DNA from: Octopus bimaculoides | Taxonomy: Eukaryota | Assembly (NCBI RefSeq): GCF_001194135.2 | Contig: NC_069001.1 | Span: 22,725,531 to 22,769,158 of the forward strand | DNA: 43,628 bases | Direction: 5' to 3' | Shown here: positions 35,871 through 43,628 of the stretch, one piece after another | Layout: every line of letters starts with the position of its first letter | Numbering within the stretch: the stretch's first letter is position 1 | Notes under the pieces: generated by a model | The model's input: only the letters and a program-made list of their open reading frames with translations | Told to the model about the DNA's origin: nothing | Databases searched by the model: none | Translations under genes and position numbers: made by a program

Positions 35871-36639
35871 AAAAAAAAAAAAGACAGATTGACCTGATAA
35901 GAAATCAGAATCTAAGTCTGGTAATGGAAAATCTAAGGAGGTTGAGCAAAATCTTTGTAATGATGGTACATTTACAGAGATATAATATATGCATATATAA
36001 TAAGACAAAAGTAATAAAACAGATTTAAAAGCTAATAATATATGCATGGGAAGAGTAATGAGGCTGTTTACAATGACTCACATAGAGCATAAGCATGTAT
36101 ACAACTCAGACACGCAGGTGTATAGTGACACTCATATTTATACAGAAACAAATGTATTTGAAAGCTAACACACATGAAATCAATTAGCTGAGATATAACA
36201 ATTTACAATGACAGAGAGATATGAGCATTGATGGTCTAACAGACAGATTTACATCGTTATTTGCCTTGAAACAAAAGAGCAGACAACAACAACTGCATAT
36301 GACTATATAGTCACATGAAATATAATTGTTTTTCACATAAATAAATATTAGAAGTATTTACATACGTGTCTAACAACACGTGGGTGTATATATGTGTGTG
36401 TGTGTGTGTGTGTGTGCATATATATATGTACTTGTATGTTTCCAATCAAAGCATAGATGTATATAAAAATATGTCTATGGAGATATTTATGTTTGAGGGT
36501 GTCTATATCTGTGTGCACAGAAAGGTGTGTAGATATGGACTTGTGTATACAATGATGCGTATACCTATATATATGTGTGTGTGCATGTATGTACATATAT
36601 ATAAGTACATACATGTTTGTGTGTATATACACATTTATC

Positions 36640-37030
36640 ATTAGACTGTGACCATGCTGGGGAACCACATGAAGGATTTTAGTCAAATGAGTTGACCATG
36701 GTACTTAATTTCTTGCTTCTTTTTAAAGCCTGGTAATAATTATTCTACCGGTCTCTTTTGTGAAACCATTGAGTTACAGGAACATAAACACACCAGTACC
36801 AGTTGTCAAGTGGCGGTATATATATTTATATATATACACACACACACACACTCACACATGTATCTATGCGTGTGTGTATGACAGGGTTCTTTCAGTTCCC
36901 ATTTACCTAATCCACTCACAAGGCTTTGGCTGGCCCATAGCTATAATAGAAGACATTGCTCAAGGTGTCACACAGTGGGATGGAACCTGGAACCATGTAA
37001 TTGGGAAGCAAGCTTCTTACTACAGAGCCA
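36640..37030 (-). mobile_element. SINE family A, degenerate
   Basis: Collinear in reverse with 37119-37460. Confidence 0.85.
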
Positions 37031-37078
37031 ATGAATGAATATATATACATACATATTGGTGCATTGTTGTACCACTAT

Positions 37079-37118
<40 letters not shown>

Positions 37119-37458
37119 GGCATAGGAATGGCTGTGTGGTAAGTAGCTTGCTTACCAACCACATGGTTCCGGGTTCAGTCCCACTGCATGGCACCTTGGG
37201 CAAGTGTCTTCTACTATAGCCTCGGGCTGACCAAAGCCTTGTGAGTGGATTTGGTAGACGGAAACTGAAAGAAGCCCATCGTATATATGTATATATATGT
37301 GTGTGTGCGTGTGTATGTTTGTGTGTCTGTGTTTGTCCCCCCAACATGGCTTGACAACTGATGCTGGTGTGTTTAGGTCCCCGTAAACTAGTCGATTTGC
37401 TCGACTAAAGGCGGTGATCCAGCATGGCCACAATCAAATGACTGAAACAGGTAAAATA

Positions 37459-37460
<2 letters not shown>
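37119..37460 (+). mobile_element. SINE family A, young
   Basis: Head nearly identical to the copy at 31471. Confidence 0.95.
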
Positions 37461-37493
<33 letters not shown>

Positions 37494-38078
37494 TATATGT
37501 ATATGTATGTATGCATGTATGTAAGCATATATATGAACATGAATGAATACACACACTCACATACACACGTGTGGGAATGTGTGTCTATGCAGATATGTAT
37601 ATATATGGCATGTGAATATAGAGAAGTATATACATACAGATATTTGTGTATATTAGTGTGCATGCATATAGTCATAGATTTTTGAAGCAATGCCATTAGA
37701 CCACGACAAAAATATACCAGATAGTTTTAGGTAAAAATGCATATTTTTGGTAAGATTTCTATTATTTCTGAAGATTATTTCCACTTATTGCATTTGCCTG
37801 GAAGAATATTTCTTAAAATATAATAATTTATGAGATTAATTACTTCTTAAACAGTTTATTTATCTTCTTGGTATGTCTTCAGGGTTTAAGCATTATTTTT
37901 AATAACCATATTCCATCTATAACCGACTGTCGAATTTATACATACATACTTATTTACATTTTTTTCATGTATTTATGTGTGTGTCTGTATCACACACACA
38001 TATATGTATGTATGAATATGTGTATGAATATATATGTATATCTGTATGGATATGTGTAGGTGTGTGTGTGTGTTTGTA

Positions 38079-38127
<49 letters not shown>

Positions 38128-38854
38128 ACTACCTACACATATACCTATATGAATATATAGATATATTTATACATAAATACACATACACACGTGTATATAT
38201 GTATGTATGAGTGTGTGTGCATGTGTGTGAGTATGTATGTCTGAAACCTTTTACATTGATGCTTGACATGAATTTTATATTCCTGCTAAAATACTATTTC
38301 TTACCCTATTCTTACCCTGTTCATGATAATCAATATTACACTCAGCATCTATTTAACTCACTTTCTGGGAGTTATAGTTGTTCAGAAAGTCGTGCTTATG
38401 CTCCCATATTTTGTTACAACATTTCTGATCCACTTAGTAAATACAATGTCCTGACATTGAATCATACGTGGAGATTGATGGATATTGAATAGTTTGTAGA
38501 TAAGCAACTGTGAATACCTTTATGATGTGTAGGACAATGAAAAATGCATAAATCTTGAATGGTATCTTGTATCCCACATATATTATTCTGCGACCTGTAA
38601 GGTCATGGATTATTAAATTGTTGTTGTTTTAGGCAAAAGAAGGGCTGCAGATTTTCCTCTGCTCTATAATATTCGATCTTTTAAGCTTTCTGTCAGTCAG
38701 AATTTATAAGCCCCTTTTTTTTATCCCTTCGTAATTTCAGACACTACAGTCACCTGAAGCCTTGTTTGAGACAATCCTTAAAAGGAAATAAATTGACAGT
38801 GTCATGGGGGATTAAAATAGAAAACTCCAAGAGAATTCTTCTGAATCTCTGCAC

Positions 38855-39080
38855 TCTGGTTTCAAAATACTTCTGAGGTCAATATTTCTTTTCATCACGG
38901 CAGTAAGCTGGTAGAACCATTATCAATTCTGACAAAGTTTGTCTAGTTTTACATTCTGAGTTCAAATTCTGCGAAGATCATCCTTCCGGGGTCAATAAAA
39001 TAAGTACCAGTCAAGTTCTGGGGTCGATGTAATTGACTTAGGCATTTCCTTGAATTTGCTGACCTTTTGCCAAAATTTGA
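38855..39080 (+). mobile_element. SINE family B, degenerate
   Basis: GGCAGTAAGCTGGTAGAACC..TTCTGAGTTCAAATTC..GGGGTCAATAAAATAAGTACCAG. Confidence 0.75.
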
Positions 39081-39524
39081 AATCAATATTTCCTTTCATC
39101 CTTGCAAAACTGATAAAGAATACTAACCCAGGGGTTAGACTAGTGAATCTTTTCCAGTATCAGATGAAGTACCTATCAATATCAGCAGGTGTAACATCAT
39201 GCAGTATGATGGTGTCACCTGCAATGAGATTAGCAGGTTGCATCAGACTTACTTTTATCCCTTGGAAAACGTTGGTGACATGGTGTGGAAAGACTTGGAT
39301 GTATGGGTGCCCACTAGACTTTCACTGATGTAGAAATCCTCAGTTCTTTGTAAAAGACTGTCCTTAAGACTAATCTATATCAAGCAAGCCTTCAATTGAT
39401 TATGTCCCAGCCTTGACCATTCCATCATTTTCCCATGTAAGTATGTCAGAATCTACATCAGTATCCAATGTATCCTCCCTTCTTCAATAGCTTGTGGTAT
39501 GTAACAGCTTACTGTTTTACTGAC

Positions 39525-39757
39525 TTATTTCTTTATTGCCACAGGGGGCTAAACATAGAGGGGACAAACAAGGACAGACAAAGTGATTAAGACGATTTGA
39601 TCAACACCAGTATGCAACTGGTACTTAAGTTATGGACCCCGAAAGGATGAAAGGCAAAGTCGACCTCAGTGGAATTTGAACTCAGAACGTAACGACAGAT
39701 GAAATACCGCTAAGCACAACGCCTGGCGTGCTAATGTTTCTGCCAGCTCACCGCCTT
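39525..39757 (-). mobile_element. SINE family B, near full length
   Basis: Collinear with 31985-32238. Confidence 0.92.
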
Positions 39758-40267
39758 CATTGTTTTACTGACTTGCTCTTCCCTCTGTTCAGGCCTCACA
39801 TCAATTTTAGTACATTCACCTCTTCCTCTCATTAACTTTCCTATTTATTTCTATCTCCATTTGATCAGTTACTTACATATTCATAAAGCTTACACTTTCA
39901 CAATCTTTCTTTTCTCCTACAAATATATGTATTTACTCCATTATGCTTCCATACCTATATTCATGGACTGCCATGTTGACAAAATGCTGGTAACTTCACT
40001 TGATTTAATGAAATAAATTTAATTCCAAATCAAGCCTTAGCAAAAAAATAATTTCTTGGTTTTTGTCTCTTTGATAGTGTACAGAGATAAAAGAAAGAGG
40101 CCCAATAGGTTTGCTCAGTGTCCCTACGATAAAGATTGCTGCCTTATAGAGGGTGCTAGATTAGGTGATTCTTTCACTCCTTCACAAACTCTAAATGTGG
40201 TGATGGTGTGGTTGTAGTGGGTACTACCATAACCATAGCTGAGCAGTGTAGGTCACTGAAGAATTAC

Positions 40268-40465
40268 CAATTCAATATAACTCATACTGATCCCCTTCTG
40301 GCCTTTAAAATGGTTGCAGGTGCTGACCACACAAAGTTCTTGAATTCTTTGTCGCTTGCACTTAATTGAAGTGCCATGGGATGCTTTTGAGGTTGGATGT
40401 TCTAACACTTCAACCTTGTGAGTATTTATAGTAATGCTTGGTCTTTGGTTCCTTCTGCCAATAAC
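40268..40465 (-). CDS. Candidate 198-nt exon (VIGRRNQRPS...GISMSYIEL), or an old LINE endonuclease remnant
   Basis: CCATTTTTTCAG acceptor, TTG|GTAATT donor, 66 open codons; no recognised family. Confidence 0.3.
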
Positions 40466-40654
40466 CTGAAAAAAATGGTGGTAAAGGTAAAGAATTTGGG
40501 GGTTCTGGAGCCAATCACTGAACAGTTTCTTAGACCAATAATATAATTCTCTTGCACCCTTTATTATCATTAGTCAACCCGTAGTCTATCTCATTGTTGT
40601 TTCTGTCTTTTTCTGTCTTCATCAGCCGTTTCTTTATTTCTCTCTTATCTGGTT

Positions 40655-40800
40655 ATAAATCTGCTTCCCAACCATTTTTTCACATTCAGTCCCACTGTAT
40701 GGAACCTTGGGCAAATGTTTTCTCTGAGAGTCTTGGATCAGCCATGGCCTTGTAAGTAGATTTGGCTGATGGAAACTGAAAGAAGTCCATTGTACACATA
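40655..40800 (+). mobile_element. SINE family A 5' half, degenerate
   Basis: TTCAGTCCCACTGTATGGAACCTTGGGCAA..GGAAACTGAAAGAAGTCC. Confidence 0.8.
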
Positions 40801-40869
40801 TAAATATATATATTTGTTTTTATATGTATATATATAATAATATTAGGGACAAAATCCAAAATTACAGGT

Positions 40870-40951
<82 letters not shown>

Positions 40952-40961
40952 GTATATGTGT

Positions 40962-41250
40962 GTGTTACTGTCTCTGTATTTTGACATTGTGTGAGAGTTG
41001 TAAATGTCTGTTATCATCATACAGGTTATGTCCTTCATTTTCAATATTCAGTTGAAAATCTGTGTGATCATGGGGAATTATTACCTTGATTTGAAACAGG
41101 TGAGGCCTTGTAACAGAGAGGGAATTTGGCTGTAAAAGCAAAACGGCCTCAACAAATTCTAGCTGATCCACATGAGTATGGAAAAGTGGACAGTAACATA
41201 CTGCTGTGGTTGCTTCTGCTGCTGATGATGATGACGATGATGATGACGAT
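40962..41250 (+). mobile_element. LINE/SINE 3' tail with (GAT)n end
   Basis: Similar to 27230-27440. Confidence 0.55.
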
Positions 41251-41722
41251 GACATTGTTCTCCTCTTTTTTACATGGTTTTATTCCTCTCTCCTTCCACT
41301 TTATTTCTATCGACTTCTCGTCTATTTTTTGTTGATGGTATTGCTCCAATAAAAGTTCAATGCTTGTAATTCAATTTGAAGTAGCAGAATGGTTTCTACT
41401 TGAATGGACTTGAAATTTAATACGTTTCAGTTGAAACTGGCCATAGGGATAATGCTTCAGGCAAATTTAGCTGAGCAATTTGCATTTCATTCAGAATATA
41501 GTTCCATATCAAAAGCACTGCTACATGGTCCTTCCTCTTAAACTGCCCTTGCTACTCTCAGGCACGATTCATGACTTCATAAATTTTTCTCTATTTCTAA
41601 GCTTATATTCAAATGGTTTGTCAATCATTAGTATCCAATTTTCGTTTTCTCTTCACATACTGTACTAAAGAGTAAGAATGGCTTGCTGCAGACTAGCAAT
41701 GCAGGTGTAAGATGAAAGTTAT

Positions 41723-41951
41723 ATAACTCTTCAGCATTCTGATTATTCTGTCAAATGCAATTGCCTATTTATCTATATTGTTTTGAATTAATAATTCCTC
41801 ATCTTGTAGCTTTGAAATTTTGATGATGTGACTGTCAATTTTTGGATTGACATTGTAGAGTAGGTATGAGAGGCCAGATCTGGCCAGTTTCAACATACAA
41901 CATGATGAATATTTGGACTAGATATGGTTACTTTAAATGCTAAAGGTTTAA
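41723..41951. mobile_element. Possible piggyBac-type non-autonomous element
   Basis: Left end ATAACTCTTCAGCATT and right end reverse complement TTAAACCTTTAGCATT form a degenerate TIR with a TTAA-type target. Confidence 0.45.
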
Positions 41952-42118
41952 AGAAGTGTGTCACCATCCTAGTGAATGAAACTCATAAAAAATGAAGAGT
42001 TTGGTAAGAATGAGAACAAGTGGCAGAGTCTGAAATCCAGGAGAGGGAACTTTACAAAGCAGTGGGTGGACACTGTATTGGATGAAGCAAATTGCAAGCA
42101 TAGAAAATATATAATTGT

Positions 42119-42152
<34 letters not shown>

Positions 42153-42849
42153 ATGATGCCAAAGTTGATTATGATGATGATGATGATGATGATGATGATA
42201 TTGATGGAGTTGGTGGTATTGATTGTGGTGGTGATGGTGGTGGTGATATTTTGGTCATTTCAATTAAATGTCAATGTATTTGCTTAAGCCATTCAGTACA
42301 TAACACTTGACCTGAATTACCTAAATTCATACAATTGGTCAACTTGAGTCATTCCCTATGTTCATCTTTATATTGCTTTATGCAAATTTCTATTGGCCAA
42401 AATACTTTTTGCTTGTTTCTCTCTATGTAAAAGTCTCTGTCAACTGTTCACGTTGGCCCAGCTTTAAATAAACTTTGCTGGCAAGGTGTTATTTGACCAA
42501 AACATATTTGTTATAGGACCTTACCTGCTAACGACAATCAGACTTCTTTCAAAACATTTAAATACAATTTCATGAGATGTACTTTTAATTGCATGAAATT
42601 ATCCTCCCTTTTCTAAGTGAGTCACTTTTGTCATCTTTCCACACCTGAAAGTTAAATCTCATTTAATTGGAAAATCTTGCATATGACATATGACCTTTTA
42701 GTACATCATTGCATTACACATACATATATGTATGTATGTTTATATGTGCATACATACATATATCCTTATATCCACACACACACATATAGACATATGTGTG
42801 TGTGTGTGTGTGTATACATATATATATATATATATATATNNNNNNNNNN

Positions 42850-42885
<36 letters not shown>

Positions 42886-43019
42886 CATGTGTATACATAC
42901 ATGTATATATACATATATATATACTTGTAAATATATATATATAAGTATATATACATATATATATTTATACTTGTAAATATATATATATATATAGATAGAT
43001 AGATAGATAGATAGATATA

Positions 43020-43210
43020 GATTGACCGTTGACTGAACACTATTCAATTTTTTTTCTCCGTGTTTTTCTCCTTGTCTCCGTATTCTTTCTGTTGAAGAGC
43101 GTAGCTCGAAACGTCAAAGACTTTCCGTATTCCCGAGCGTCATACTAATATATACTTTTGTTATTTACACCACCTGTCCTCGTCTGTTGTTATTATTTGT
43201 ATATTCTCCC
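43020..43210 (+). mobile_element. Penelope-like terminal repeat remnant
   Basis: Contains the hammerhead motif at 43084-43120 within T-rich pLTR-like sequence. Confidence 0.6.
43084..43120 (+). ncRNA. Minimal type I hammerhead motif with variant core (CUGUUGA)
   Basis: Stem I TCTTT(43084-88)/AAAGA(43116-20); CTGTTGA; stem II GAGC/GCTC; GAAA; palindromic ACGT; GUC triplet ending at 43115. Confidence 0.65.
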
Positions 43211-43245
43211 ACATATATATTTATACTTGTAAATATATATATATG

Positions 43246-43287
<42 letters not shown>

Positions 43288-43305
43288 AGTATATATATAT
43301 ATAAA

Positions 43306-43628
43306 TACTTGTACCAATGTGCCAGAAGGGAGGCTAGGCGACAGGTTTATTTAGCCAGAGGGGAAGCAGATAAGGAAAGATTTGCCAATGTTCTGCGCCG
43401 TGAGGACCAAAGACTCGAGGTATTTCGGGTTGCAAGACAGTGTAGGAGAGAGAATAGTGATGTTGTAGGAGAGAAATGTGTTCGCATGGATGATGGTACG
43501 CTTGCATTAAATGAGGATGCAAAGAAAGAGGTCTGGAGATGCCACTACGATAGATTGCTTAATAAAGAGAATGAATGGGAGAAAGAGAGCCTGCCTTATG
43601 TCGACCCAATAGAGGGACCAGCTATCCG
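43306..43628 (+). mobile_element. Young 5'-truncated RTE LINE ORF (endonuclease-RT linker), runs off the window
   Basis: Uninterrupted frame YQCARREARRQVYLARGEADKERFANVLRREDQRLEVFRVARQ..KKEVWRCHYDRLLNKENEWEKESLPYVDPIEGPAI. It is absent from the ORF track, presumably because no start codon opens a long enough ORF. Confidence 0.9.

Larger units (their letters stand above)
7776..42849. other. Assembly gaps: 7776-7911, 17855-18594, 23405-23414, 25745-25838, 27627-28179, 29309-29505, 42840-42849
   Basis: N runs, each adjoining (TA)n, (GT)n or (GAT)n. Confidence 0.99.

Noticed and set aside
40595-40640. CTGATGA..GAAAC on the - strand as a third hammerhead
   Set aside because: Stem II cannot form.
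7523-43047. Many long ORFs rich in YI, HT, CV, poly-M/H/I/S or X
   Set aside because: They are translations of (TA)n, (CA)n, (GAT)n and N-gaps.

Overview
This is eukaryotic, AT-rich, repeat-dense DNA from a gapped draft assembly (7 N-gaps, nearly all flanked by microsatellite). The SINE and RTE families look like those of Octopus; this is recognised from memory and was not searched. No prokaryotic genes, rRNA, functional tRNA or CRISPR are present, and almost all ORFs in the supplied track are microsatellite, gap or decayed-transposon artefacts. Well-supported content: many tRNA-derived SINE copies of 3-4 families; several RTE-clade LINE fragments, with a PHD-like finger inside the RT and a hairpin array in the 3'UTR; a decayed CRE-like RLE retroelement; mariner and hAT remnants; palindromic MITE-like elements; and two Penelope-type minimal hammerhead ribozyme motifs, one at the tail of a tRNA-headed SINE. 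A CpG-retaining, promoter-like region lies at about 1.25-2.7 kb. Candidate small exons occur on both strands, but I could not identify any host gene and these calls are low confidence. Best leads: the hammerhead-bearing SINE, the core-variant hammerhead at 43.1 kb, and two TGTGACA-ended stem elements with multi-hairpin heads. All alignments and folds were done by eye.
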